Source of the DNA: the human T2T-CHM13v2.0 reference genome, Homo sapiens | Length of the DNA stretch: 64,000 bases | NCBI RefSeq assembly: GCF_009914755.1 | Contig: NC_060937.1 | Reading direction: 5' to 3' (one strand) | Shown here: positions 13,926-26,240 of the stretch, piece after piece | Numbering within the stretch: the stretch's first letter is position 1 | How the letters are laid out: each line of letters opens with the position of its first letter | Position numbers and translations under genes: made by a program | Notes under the pieces: model-generated | What the model was told of the DNA's origin: nothing | Seen by the model: only the letters and a program-made list of their open reading frames with translations | The model's database searches: none

Positions 13926-14000
13926 TTTCATATGTGTTTGCTTCTCTCCAAATGACTCAGGGTCACAAGGTTATTTGGAGAGAACCAAACACATATGAAA
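13926..14000. repeat. Near-perfect inverted repeat (31-bp arms, 13-nt loop)
   Basis: tttcatatgtgtttgcttctctccaaatgac / gttatttggagagaaccaaacacatatgaaa: 29/31 Watson-Crick pairs. Confidence 0.95.
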
Positions 14001-15136
14001 TCTTGGATTAGAATCTGAACTTAGAGGTGATATCCAGGAATTTTCTCAAAACTTCTATGCAAAGGCTACTAAGTGAGCAAAGAAGTACAGCCTGGAATGA
14101 ACCACTGAGCTTCATTTATCATTCCACTCTTCAGACTCTCACCTTAGGTCTTCAGCTATTTGAGGACCAAAAAAGTACTTGATTTCTCTTCAGAATAGGC
14201 ATTGTATAGAAAGTACAGTAAATGAGAGCAAACGTCAACTTCCCACATAACTTCCAAATATCCCAGAGGCTAACACAATTCTTGCAGTGATCAGAAATGT
14301 AACAGAACTGTTAACCATGCAGGAAATAAGGCACGGTCATTGGTAGATTACAGGTCCACTTCTTGCAACATGATGGAAAATAATAATAACAATATTTTTT
14401 ATCAAAATTGAGTATGTACCAAACTTGTTTCTTTTACATGATTCCACCGTCTTTCCTCAATAGTCACAGAACTTCTGGATTGCAATTCTATACAAACTTT
14501 TTAAAAAGAAACTTTGACATTTTACTAGGCACATCAAATGTGGTTAGTTTATGATTCATTTATGGTCCGTGATGGTGTAATTACAATAGCCATGTTTCTT
14601 AAATGATACTACCTTGTTTTTTTTTACCACATAAAAATGTGTGTTATTTCTAGCAAAAGTTAAAAAATGTGGACATGGTTGTTGAAATGCTCATTTCAAT
14701 GTTAATGTTAATGATACTTACAATTGTGGATCATGGCCACAGGTCTCTCCTTCTAGCTTCTCAAGAGTGGTGCCATCTAATTGGAGAGAAGGTTGGTAAC
14801 ACCTGGTATATAACCCCGTTTTCTGCTGTAGACCCATCCACAGGAAAATGAATGCTGGAATATGTGTTTTACATAGGATGTCGGACAAAGGAATTTCAGA
14901 TAAATAAGATTAAGAGCCAAATAATATATTTTTTAAAAATGGGAATTATTTGAGTATCTAGGAAATGATGAACTAAATTTCATCCCAGTCATGTGTTTCT
15001 GGATAATTAAAGGCACCTGCTTGGGAAGCTCTACTCCTCAGCCCTTCCTGAGCATGGAAAGACATGACGTGCTCAAGTGACCGCTCTCTCTTTGGTTCCA
15101 GTGATCTGGCATGTGTTCTTTCTTAATGCTTAAATG

Positions 15137-15299
15137 CAGTGATCCTTAATCTTTTTGAAGTGATAAGCCCCTTTAAGAATATGAAATGTATAGATTGTGG
15201 AGGGGAAAGGTGTCTGCAAAATCACACACAATTTTGCTATTTCAGGCAGCTCTGAGCTCTCATGAAATCCCCCCACTGGCTTTAGTTTAACAACTTCTG
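15137..15299 (+). mobile_element. Degenerate hAT-Charlie MITE (MER103/Charlie4z-like)
   Basis: cagtgatccttaatcttttt...tttaacaacttctg resemble Charlie-type TIRs; no TSD readable. Confidence 0.45.
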
Positions 15300-15523
15300 A
15301 CAAAGCATTTTTTACTTTTACTATAACTGTAGCACAACAGCTCTGGCCTAGACAAGTTGGAAGCAGGAATATTGGTAGGCATCATAACCCTGGCTTTCAA
15401 GGAAATCACAGTATAGTTGGGGAGCTTACACATTCATTCATAAAAACACAAATGGCCTTTCATAGAGTTTTTTCCACGTGCTTAGCATGAGTTACTTGCT
15501 TTAATTCCCAAACTAATTCTACA

Positions 15524-15569
15524 CAAGACCTGCTCTATAATTTGTAGGCCAAAATGTGGGATCCCTTGC

Positions 15570-15602
<33 letters not shown>

Positions 15603-16302
15603 AGAAAAACTGCCTTATTTAATGGTACTGAAGCACAAAACCTTAGCCCTTCCATGTCCCCTCAACCATTCCTGGTGTTTTCTGCTTGCTATTTTGATAT
15701 TGCACACTCTTATGCACAGGGCACTCACTGGGTAAGTGCAGATCCTCACAGGTGTCCAGGGGCAGGCCCCCAGCTGGTGCCCCACCCCTCGCTGGCACCA
15801 GATAAATGCACGTGCATGCCCCCTGCCCAGGGACATGCAGCCCCAAGCATGGTGGACAGCCAGCCCCTAAGAGTGTGGCAACATCCACGCCAGTGTGCGC
15901 TGGGGCGGGCACCTGGAACAGCCCCACTGAGTCTCCTGCTGAATGGACAATGGCACTGCCAGCTGCCGTGGGTGTAGCTGCAGCAGCGGTCCCTGGGGCC
16001 CTGTGCAGACCAGGAAAGGGGAGGCCCAGCGTGCCCTGGGTTGACCATGGAGGGTGTGGGGGAGGTGGGCAGGCAGATAGCTGGAAACCAGTCCTGGGGA
16101 GATGAAGGAAGCCAAGGAAAAAACCTGTGTGAGCTGAGGCCCCAGGTTGTGCCCACTCCCCACACTCAGTCGTCCCACTGGACTCCACAGAATGCAAATA
16201 CGAAAGTTAAATTTATTAAAATTTCAAGACGGGAACCACAGAGGCTTTAATTTCAAGCAAGGAGTCCTTCCAAGTTCACGGCCCTGTGCCCCTGGGCCCC
16301 TG
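15524..16302 (-). mobile_element. MER45B/C-like hAT-Tip100 DNA transposon with GC-rich interior
   Basis: Ends match MER45 reverse complement: caagacctgctctataatttg...aaaatgtgggatcccttg and ttattaaaatttcaagacgg...ggccctgtgc. Confidence 0.75.
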
Positions 16303-16309
16303 AATGCAT

Positions 16310-16460
16310 TCTTTGGGATGGTCATTTCTTCCACGTTACCCATAAAGAAGCTGAGGGTGTTGGAGCAACTCTCCAAAGTGCACAGCACTCGGAGTTGTGG
16401 TGCTGGGCTTCAAACCCATGTCTGACTGTTTCAAAGCCAACTCTTAACTACAAGGTGCAG
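16310..16460 (-). mobile_element. MIR
   Basis: aagaagctgagg...ctccaaagtgcacagc...gtggtgctgggcttcaaacccatgtctgactg..caaagcc..ctcttaactac. Confidence 0.7.
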
Positions 16461-16689
16461 AGACACGGTGACGACAGACGTGGACCAGCAGGAACACATC
16501 CAACAGTGAAGCACAACACTTGAACCTAAGCAAGGGAAGGGTGCTGGGACTGGGAGGATCTCATTGGGGACAAGTCATAGCAAGGACCAAAGGAAATAAA
16601 GAAGGGGGAAGACCCTTGGGTAAAGTGTTTAGGGTTCCTAAAAGCAAGGGGCAGGGATGACTATGGTGAGATACATGGAACCATAGTGA

Positions 16690-16990
16690 ATAGCAAATGG
16701 GAAGCAGGCTGGAGAGGAGAGTAAGCAGTTGTCTAAGGGGCCTTCCATGCACGGGCATGAAAAACAGGAGGAGGAACTCAGAATTCATAGAAGAAACCAC
16801 AGGGAGCCACTGGGGAATAAGGAGCCAAATGTCAGTCATAGCCCAAGTCACTGGATCCAGGTGGCTTGAGAGGCCCTGGAACGTTCTAAACTACTAGTCA
16901 TGAAGCAAAGAAAATGGACAGTGGTGAAGGAACTGGCAAGTCCTGGATTATATTTGGAGTCAAAGACAGCAACTCTTATTCGGAGAAGAA
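16690..16990 (-). mobile_element. Degraded L2 fragment
   Basis: gggagccactgggg...ggattatatttggagtcaaagacagc resembles antisense L2. Confidence 0.45.
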
Positions 16991-17480
16991 TGTCTAGGTA
17001 GTAAAAGGATTTTAATAACATGCTTTTTTCAAAGCATGAAAATCTAAATTAAGCCATGGCTGAATTGTATTCATTCCAATTTAACCTCTACACTAACTCT
17101 ACCAATATTGACCTGACGGAAGCACTTTCTTGCCTGGCAGGTCTCACTGCTGTTTCTCCACATTGGTAAATTAATCTGGAGATTATCTACAGCTGTACAC
17201 AGTTTTCCAAGACTCTCTTAGAGATAATGAGTGAGGAACACAGCAGAGACGCAAACCCTGATACACTGTAGGAAACTTGCTGCATTTTCAATGACTTTTT
17301 TCATGTAAGAAAGACAGGAATCAGACAGTTACTGGCACCACAAATAAGTCACCCAGTCGGAACACCTTGGAGTCTCACAGCCTCCATCTCTACCCTATGC
17401 CCATCCAAGGACGTCAAACAGGAGAAGTTCCCTTGTCCCCCAGAGTCTGGGAGGTCTCGACCGGCCTCATTAGGGTGGAG

Positions 17481-17611
17481 GGTTTTTGTTTTGTTTTTTT
17501 GGTTTTGGTTTCTGGTTTTTTGTGGTTTTTTTTTTTTTTTTTTTTTGAGACGCAGTCTTGCTCTGTCGCCCAGGCTGGAGTGCAGTCGCGCGATCTGGGC
17601 TCACTGCAAGC
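17481..17611 (-). mobile_element. Severely 5'-truncated AluY (~65 bp body plus ~65 bp interrupted tail)
   Basis: gagacgcagtcttgctctgtcgcccaggctggagtgcag...cactgcaagc (AluY diagnostic); TSD ttagggtggag at 17470-17480 and 17612-17622. Confidence 0.9.
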
Positions 17612-17622
17612 TTAGGGTGGAG

Positions 17623-17760
17623 TTTTTGAAGCTGTGAAAGGAAGCAGAGCCTTGTACCTGCAGGAAACAGAGAGGTGGCAGGGTTTTGGAAGAGAGACAG
17701 ACCCGACAGTTTCGCATTCGTTCACACTCACCTTCCAGGATCTCAGGCGAGGTCCCCAGT
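17623..17760 (-). mobile_element. ERV1 (HUERS-P2-like) leader with degenerate tRNA-Pro PBS and splice donor
   Basis: Minus strand TGGGGACCTCGCCTGAGAT (17758-17740) vs PBS-Pro TGGGGGCTCGTCCGGGAT, 2 nt after the LTR end; AAG|GTGAGT at 17732/17731. Confidence 0.65.
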
Positions 17761-18577
17761 TGAAACAGGAAAAATTCCTTTATCCCCATGGCGGGTCTTG
17801 CTATGGGGCAGCGGAGTGGCTCGCTTTTTCAGTGCCCCGAGGCTCAGACCTCTAGGGCAGCATACAGGCGGGCAGGCTGTGGGGCTCCAACCCCAGGGCA
17901 GTGTCTAGGGGTGAATGTTAACAGCTCCGGAAGCCCCAGGGGGAATGTGTTACAGGGTACTCTTTTAGTTTAGCTAGGTATACACAGCTCGTGTTAGCTC
18001 AATTAGACCCCTGCCTTATCACAAGGACAGAGGGCTTTGTGCATCCCAGGGTTCTTGCCTTGGTGTACCAGAAGCAGATCACATCATGGGCTTGGAGAAT
18101 GAGCACAAGGTTGTATTGAGTGGAGATATCACATGGCGGAAGCCAAAAGGGGATGGAGTGGGAAGGTTTCTCCTGGATCCCGGCAGCTGAGCAGCCTGGG
18201 CTGTCCTCTCACTGCCGCAGCCAAACTCCACGTTGTTGTTCTGCAAATCGGTGGCCTGCCGGCATGCAGGTGCCTGTTACTGTATTCCTCTCGACATCCA
18301 GCCACCCGTGTGTTCCTCTGCCTATCTGCTCCTCTCGACGTCCAGCAGCTTGTGTGTCTGCCTGCTAGGGTCTCAGGCAGTTTTATAGGCCCAGGATGGG
18401 GGCGTGGCAGGCCAGGGCGGTCTTGGGAAATGAAACAAAAATGCCTGTCCTCACCTAGGTCCATGAGGGTGGAGCCCTAGCCAGGGACCATGGCCTTCCT
18501 CTACCCAGCACGTCCCCTGTTCCCTGTCATTTAAAGGCACCCCGCCCTTCCCTTCCCAGCACTTCCCTTCCATATCG
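17761..18577 (-). mobile_element. LTR1-family LTR (LTR1B/C-like), probably a 5'LTR
   Basis: Minus strand gtgctgggtagaggaagg...ggtccctggctagggctccaccc...ggacctaggtgaggacaggcattt; TATAAAA at ~18381-18387; ends cctgtttca. Confidence 0.85.
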
Positions 18578-19217
18578 GAAGCATGGTGCAATGGTCTCAT
18601 ATAGAAGAGAAAAGTGCTTAACTGTGGCTGAAACCAGTATCTTTGCTGCATAGCATTTGTTTTAAGGTTTTTCTTTCTCAGCCAAGTTTGTGCATTTCAG
18701 GGCCGTGCATAATGTTGCCAACAAAGCTTTCTGGATGATTGCTAGTGAATTCAGAGTTTCACATTGCCAAGTCCAATTTATCCATCTCAAACGCTCCACC
18801 AAAGTTACCTTATCCTCAAGAAAGCTATGTCTATGCTTGGAAGACTAGCTGACTACAAAATAGAACTCTGCATTCTGCAAAGCATGCTCAATGCCTATTG
18901 CACTTGGATAATGCCTTTCTTCATAGTTATCCAGCATGCTCGGGCTCTCTGCCACTCCTGGGAGTGTAGCTCGTCACAGTGATGTTCACAGCCAGATCTC
19001 CACAAGAGAGGGTTAGAGCTCAACACATTAGCCTCAGATATTCCTCATAACACAGACACAGGTAAGCATTATATAAAGTTTAACTTATCATCCATGCACA
19101 CGGATGCATATACATATACAGAGATGATAGCCAACAAAAAATAAAGGCAAAGAAATACATATGTTGGTTTTATAATCTTTTTATGTAGATTTCAAAAAAA
19201 AAAAGAAATGCAGTTTA

Positions 19218-19632
19218 GTATTAGTAGATAGTTTGCTAGGGCTGCCATAACAAAGTACCACAGACTAGGCAGATTACACAGTAGTAATTTATTTTCTCAC
19301 AGTTCTGGAGGCTAGAAGTCCGAGGTCAAGGTGTCAGCGGGGTTTGTTTCTTCTAAAGTCTCTCTCCTTAGCTTATATACAAAATGCTCAAGATGGTCAT
19401 CTTCTCCCTGTGTCTTCACATGGTCTTCCCCTTCTATGTGCCTGAGTCCTCATTTCCTCTTTGTATAAGGTTATCAGTTAGATTAGATTAGGGCTCACTG
19501 GAATGACTTCATTTTACCTTAGTTAGCTCTTTGAAGACCCTGTCTCCAAATTCAGTCCCATTGTGACGTACTGAGGGTTAGGACTTTGGCATACGAATTT
19601 GTGGGGCTGGGGGGAACAATTCAGCCATAACA
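19218..19632 (-). mobile_element. MLT1B-like LTR (ERVL-MaLR)
   Basis: gctagggctgccataacaaagtaccacagact...cacagttctggaggctagaagtccgaggtcaaggtgtcagc...caattcagccataaca. Confidence 0.9.
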
Positions 19633-21442
19633 GGTCGTATCCCGTATAATAACTTTATTTTGTGAGATACAGTCTGGATGTAACTGTAGGAGTCAATTCA
19701 AGGTATGATGGTCACACCTCAATAGTGAGTTTCAAAAATATGATTGATTTGACACTGCATGATATCTCTCTTAAGGAAAGACTTTTTATCCGTTTTTGCT
19801 TCCCATCACTCAACTCTTAATTCAACACTCACTGTACACAAGATGCGGCTAACTTGCTATGAATAGTAAAAGATTCCTAGATGTCTAAGACGCAGCCCTC
19901 ATTGTCAACATCGTTTCAAATATTGATAACTCATGAGATTGTGTAGTTGGCATATGATAAATGCCAGAATATAAGCAGCCCTAGGGCAGTGACCGGGCAC
20001 AGCGTTGGTGTGCATTACATGCTTTGAGTAAATGTTATGTCCATAGAATTATTTTTACAGTATGTCTTTGATATCTGAAGAGGGTAAAAGTGAAGGTGGT
20101 ACCATATTCCCAAAAATGTCTTTGTGACATTTTCCCAGTGACAACTGAGAGTTTAGGACTAGAGATGGAACTATGTCTGACATGAATCAAAAGTAAAAAA
20201 TTAAAGTCAGCAGTTAAAGACCACCACCTGTGAATCAGTCTTTCCAGTCTGTTCCCTTGAGGAAAATTTTTGAGGATTCCTCGAAAAAAATAAATATGGA
20301 GAATTGATTGGGAAGCTGAGGCAAAGTGTTACAAGATTGTATCACATTTATTAAATGTCATATGCAGCTTGATTACATGTTAATCCTTTATTTGATTAGT
20401 ATGTTTAAGTGGTCATAGTTAACAGAACTTCTTCCCCTTAAGACAAGAGTTCTCCAACTTTCAAGGTATGCCTTTCTTTTTTTTCTCTGTGGAAGACAGT
20501 CTGAGTCAAAAACACAATTTAGTCCATTTCCCCCTTCAAATATTATGGAAAAATTTTTTTTTCTAGATTGGTAGCCAACGTATCACACTTTCATCCTTCT
20601 GGAACTTTCTTGTGCCAAGAAGAACCCTTTAAGCACAGTTGTTAACAGTGACCCAGGCAGCCTCTTCTGAACAGCCCACGGCTGTCACACACCCATTGCT
20701 ACAATTTCTACAGACTTGAAGCTAACACTTCAAGCTAACACACAGTGTTTTTTAAGATCTTGTGTTAGTAATAAAAAAGTCATAAATAATTCCTGTGTGA
20801 AGCTCTCTAGTTTTCATCAGTATTTTTGACTTAATACAAAGGCATTTTAGAAGTGAGTCCTATTACTGTCTGTGAAACAATGCAAGGCTGTGGTAGGTCT
20901 ATTTGAGACAAGATTTTACAGCTATGTCATAAAACATATCTGAGTAAAAACACATGGTCTCTTGATCATTAAGATTTTTCCAATTGAATGAGCCAAGCTT
21001 CACAATATAGCAGAATTTAGTTTCTGCTTTGATACCTGTAATGAATAACCAAGTAATCCCAGAAGACCATGAATTTTAACAAAAGATTAGCAGTTCCCTA
21101 AAACCTAGTATGTGTTCACTGAAGTACACAAATAAACCTCTTTTTCTGATTTAGTCCAAAATAAAATATGCCCAGGAATGAGTGCTTGGATCCATTCAGT
21201 TGCTCACAATAGCATCTACCTCTGGATATCAGTGCTGATTTCCTATCCAAATCTCCTCTTGATAGTAGGAAAATATTTTCTCCAAAATAATAGTGATGCA
21301 ATACCTTGAAAATGAATCAGAAGAGTAAATTTAAAAACTTCAGGTTCAAAAAGCATTAGCCAAAATTATTTCCTAAAATTCATTTTTACCCCATCCTCAC
21401 AGAGAAAACATTTTTTCTTAGAACATTGAAAGAATTTGGCAA

Positions 21443-21716
21443 ATTTTCAGTATAGAAAGCAATAGGATTAACTCTAGTCCTCCTGCTGTCCATTAGCTCT
21501 CTAGGCTAACTCATTCTGTGTAACTGCAAGCTTGTACTCTTTGACCTGCGTACATCTTCCGTTTCCTCCCCCTTCCCACACCCGGTAACCACCTTTCTAC
21601 GCTGTTTCTGTGTATTTGACTTTTTTTTAAGATTCTTCATAAAAGTAAGATCATACAGTATTTTTCTTCCTATGTCAAAACATCATGTGGCACACCTTCA
21701 CTTTATAAAAATAAGA
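21443..21716 (+). mobile_element. Short L1MA-type insertion with 5' inversion
   Basis: 21443-~21676 is antisense L1MA 3'UTR; ~21677-21716 is the sense extreme 3' end (aaaacatcatgtggcacacc); TSD aaagaat(t/c)tggcaa at 21429-21442 and 21717-21730. Confidence 0.75.
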
Positions 21717-22504
21717 AAAGAATCTGGCAATACATGTAACATACACTTAAACGTTTCAGATTTCAGATTCATGGCCTGAGCTCGATTTTGGTTAAAGAGA
21801 GCACAATGCGCTTAATAATGACTCATCCCTCCTCAGTTGGCATTCCCACTGATTTATTTTAAAAAATAGTCACTGTGACCAACAGGCCCGGAAGATATAT
21901 GTGACTATTTCCCCTCGATATGCAGGGGGTTGAACTGTCTGAACTTCACACTCTTTTCACAGCCCAACTATTCTCCCAGGCACAACCGTGGACCCTGGGC
22001 CCATAACAGCATGCTGCCACAGGGGGAAGTGTGATCCCTGTAACTGTATCTCCGGCCAGGGTCCTAGTAACACTCCCTCCACACCCACCCTTGCCCGTAT
22101 TCCGGCTTTGGCTGCATAGTTTCAAGATTCAAGGAAGCCCTGGGAATAAACCATAGGATGGAATCATTCAGCAAGTCCCTTAAGCTAAGTGTTTTTAATG
22201 CTACTTGGCTTATTCCAGGTTCTTAAGTTACATGCACTCCCAGTGTGCTGTTCTGGCCGTGGGTGGCCTGGGTAAGTCACCAGCAGCCCCAGCTCCACTG
22301 CACAAGCTGGCCTCTGACAAAGAGCCACTCCCTGCTCTGCTCTCTGTGGTGGAGAGAGGTGGAGAGCTCCCTCCTGGTCACAAGGAACAAACAGGCCAAA
22401 CTGTGATCTCAGCGCATTAAACACGTTCCTAGGTTGGAACTCAATTTCTGTGGCATACTCACATTTCACCTAAGAGACCAACCAAATAGTTTCATAACTT
22501 TTGT

Positions 22505-22529
22505 ACACACACACACACACACACACACA
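22505..22529. repeat. (CA)n microsatellite
   Basis: Direct reading. Confidence 0.95.
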
Positions 22530-22764
22530 GCAAGAAAGAATAATTAACAAGTCACCTTTTACATTTTAAGCAAATAAGCTCGTGGATAAGAAACACGTTA
22601 TGCCTTTATTACTAATCATTAGTAAATAAAACTGATTTTGGATTTTGGCAGTATATTTTAAATTTTGTATATCTATATGGCCCAAATTCATAACAAGAAT
22701 GAACACATAAATCATTAATTACCAAAAAACATCTAGCTTTTGTGTTTGAAAAGACAGGTATTGA

Positions 22765-22950
22765 TATATATTGAGCAACTGTAATGTATCAAACACTGTT
22801 GTAAGTGCTTTGCTTTATCCACACAGTAGCGAGATGGGATAAATGAAGACCTCGAGGGACAGAGAAATTATGTGACTTTTCCGGGGTCTCACAGCCAGCA
22901 AGCTGACGACCTTGGATTTGAACATCAGTCTGATTCCACAAACCAAACCG
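22765..22950 (-). mobile_element. MIR
   Basis: tattgagcaactgtaatgtatcaaacactgttgtaagtgcttt...gtgacttttccggggtctcacagccag...ggatttgaac. Confidence 0.75.
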
Positions 22951-23529
22951 AAACATTATGTCCAAAACCCATCACAAAAGAGTATTTGGAAAACAGTAAC
23001 TGCTCAAGGCCTGTTTGCTACTATGATAGTAACATTACTAAAATTGCAAGAAAAAGAATTATTGCTGCTACTTTGGTAAGCATTTGTGCAAAGAAACAGG
23101 ATACTCAACCTGACTGAACTAGATAAATGAATATTCGCTGTGTCTTCTGGCATAATTTATTCTCCCCACCCAAAATGTATTAACTTTCCAATTTTGACAT
23201 TGTTCACATTGAAATTGTGAACCTCTGGGCTATTAAAATATTTTAAGTTATGAGAATGTGGGGAAAAATTCAAAGTGAATTATTTACTAAAGCTATTTGG
23301 ACAGTAAGATATTCTTATAAATAGAGTCCGATTTTTAGTCACTTTAAAAAAGTTTGTAAGTTGTTCAATATTATTATCAATATTAAACTTTTACTGATTA
23401 CATGTAAGTCAAAGAAATACACATCACTAAGTGGAATTTTCATCAATCAGACAAATATTTCATATATCATAGGAAGAAAGTCTCTAAAATATGTGGTAAA
23501 GATAAAATGTTTTTACTTATTGCAAAAAA

Positions 23530-23725
23530 TCACAAGCTTTGGGCCTGAAAGAGCTGGGTTTGGAATTCTCATTATAGATGTGTCCCTGGGAAGGTTTACA
23601 CAACCTCCTTCAGTTTCCATTTTCTTGCTTTTGAAAGGCTGACTGTGTAGATTGTATGAGATAATGCATTTAAAGCTCCAAGCATGTCTGGCATATAGTA
23701 TGCACCCAGTAAGTGCTAGTTTTAA
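23530..23725 (+). mobile_element. MIR
   Basis: gagctgggtttggaattc...tgtgtccctgggaaggttt...tgagataatgcatttaaagc...tggcatatagta. Confidence 0.75.
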
Positions 23726-24472
23726 ATAGTCCTTTACTTTTGGGGGTAAGGAACTTTTCCATGGGAAAAAGACACAGCAATGACATATCTCAGTAGACAT
23801 TGTTCATGGCAATTGTTTGGTCAGAAGCATAATTTCTCAGTTGTCTTTCATTTTGCTATGGGCAGGAGCAACTGTGTAAGAAGAGTGTGAACTCTGAATA
23901 TGGACTGGTGTGGCTGTAGGGAGGGTGGATGAAGGTCAGAGAGGGTAAGAATGGTGTGAAATATGCTACCTGGCTGGCTGAGACCCAAGGTGCTGCAGAG
24001 TAGCCCAGGACGTGCAGGTCAAGGGGCTGTCTGGGAGGTGTGAAGCCTGGATTCCATGCTCAGGCATCTCAGTGGGTTCCCTCCCTCCTCCATCCACCGT
24101 CATGACACACACACCGCTCGGTGTGCACGCATCTCAGCACAGTCCTGGAAGACTTCTGTCCCAGGTCTAAAGAGAGAATGCAGATTGGCCATTAGTCCTC
24201 ATGAGGGCACCACACTTTCTCCTGGGCAGTCAGATTTTGGCTAAGGCTGAGAAACAGGGGATGGAGTGAAGAAGATGAACAGAGCCTTGTGGACACTAAA
24301 AATTAGGTACGTGACAGAAAGCAGAGCAATGTAAAGAATGAGAGTCGGAAGCGTGTTCTAGAGAAGACACAGAAGGCAGAGTCTCAGAGGATGCTCTGTG
24401 AACTGGGCCCTTCCACCTAGGCTTCTGCAACTTCCTTTCACTTCAACTGTCCATCTACTTCTGCAAATCTGA

Positions 24473-24871
<399 letters not shown>

Positions 24872-25914
24872 TAGCAATGAACAACTACCTCTTAAATTGT
24901 TAATAGTTTTGCTTTTATTTCTTCAGACTATTTAACCGATATTTATTGTGTTTCCTATAGCAGAGAAAACAAAGATTTTGCTGGAAATACAAAGATGTGT
25001 GAGACATTTCCCTGATAATCTAGAACTGTCAGTCCACTGTAGAAATTGGAATCAAATACAGAAATAAGGAGCACATAAGTGGAAATCTGCACAGATTGTT
25101 ACGGAAGCGGGTGAGGGTGGGGTCCCGAAACAAGTCCATCAGTCCAGGGTGGTCAGGAGGCATTTTTAATTTATTTTAAGTAAAGGAAAAAAAAAAGGAA
25201 GGGCAGGGACACCAGAGACAACTTAGGCCAATCCCTTTTTCTTCACTTAGTGTTAGGTGTTTTAACATAGTTGATGGACTTACCAGAAGAAGGGAAGTAC
25301 AAAGAAGACAAACAGAGGAGAGAGAAATTTCCAACGCAGCGTGTCCAAAGTGACACATGGCCATGTGCTGCACAGACGCAGAAATCCCAGACCTGGTGGT
25401 GATCACAGAGCATTAGGCACAAAAAACAGGTCCTACAAAAAAACCAAACACCCTCTGCACATCATTCCTTTGCCCAATTTAAAATGGCATTTATTTGACG
25501 GCTGTCTTAGTCTGACTACCAGACGCTGTGTGTCCTGGTGGCTGTGGCTGAGTCAACGAAGGACTCCTCAGCTCCCAGCTTCTGCCTATGTTTTAGCCAC
25601 ACGGCACTTAACCATGCAGGGAGCCCATAACGTCCTGCAAGAAAGTTGCTCTCACGCCCAAAACAACAGCAGTAAGGCTTGCTCTGTTTCTCTTATTTGT
25701 CTAATTTTGCACGTTAAAATATCTAGACCTGGAGCTCACTTTATTTTCTCTAATAGTTTCAATCACCGTATATTCCAGCACTGGCTATAGAAAATAATAA
25801 ACACAGGATCACAAGTGTATGACAAGAAGGAGGTTGCTATAGACCAATTCTACTTTTCCCATGAACTTCTTTCAGTCTCTCTCGAACCCCAAAACCTTTC
25901 CCAGACACTTAACT

Positions 25915-26010
25915 ACATATATATGTGTATGCATATGTATACATACGTATACACATACATATACAAATATATATGCATATATACACATACATATACATAC
26001 ACACACCTAT
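25915..26010. repeat. (TA)/(CA)/(TACA) microsatellite
   Basis: Direct reading. Confidence 0.85.
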
Positions 26011-26059
26011 ATAACCATAACACTTGGGGTGTTTATATTATACCTAAATGCAATAACTG

Positions 26060-26240
26060 CAACATTATTTAGAAACGCTCATTTGTGCCTCAATCATATT
26101 GCTCCAAAATTGCTCAGAATACAGAATTAATGACTTTTACAAATGAAGAAATTAAGCATTAGAGTTATTGACATGTGTTCATCCGACCACTCTAAAGTAG
26201 TGGTGGGGATAGAATTAATGATTTTTTACTCTGCATTTTG
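26060..26240 (-). mobile_element. Degraded MIR
   Basis: cttttacaaatgaagaaattaagc..agagtta...agtagtggtggggatagaatt. Confidence 0.5.

Noticed and set aside
15615-16250. Cluster of 70-184-aa ORFs in a GC-rich patch
   Set aside because: Inside the MER45 element; GC richness suppresses stop codons in several frames; no protein motif
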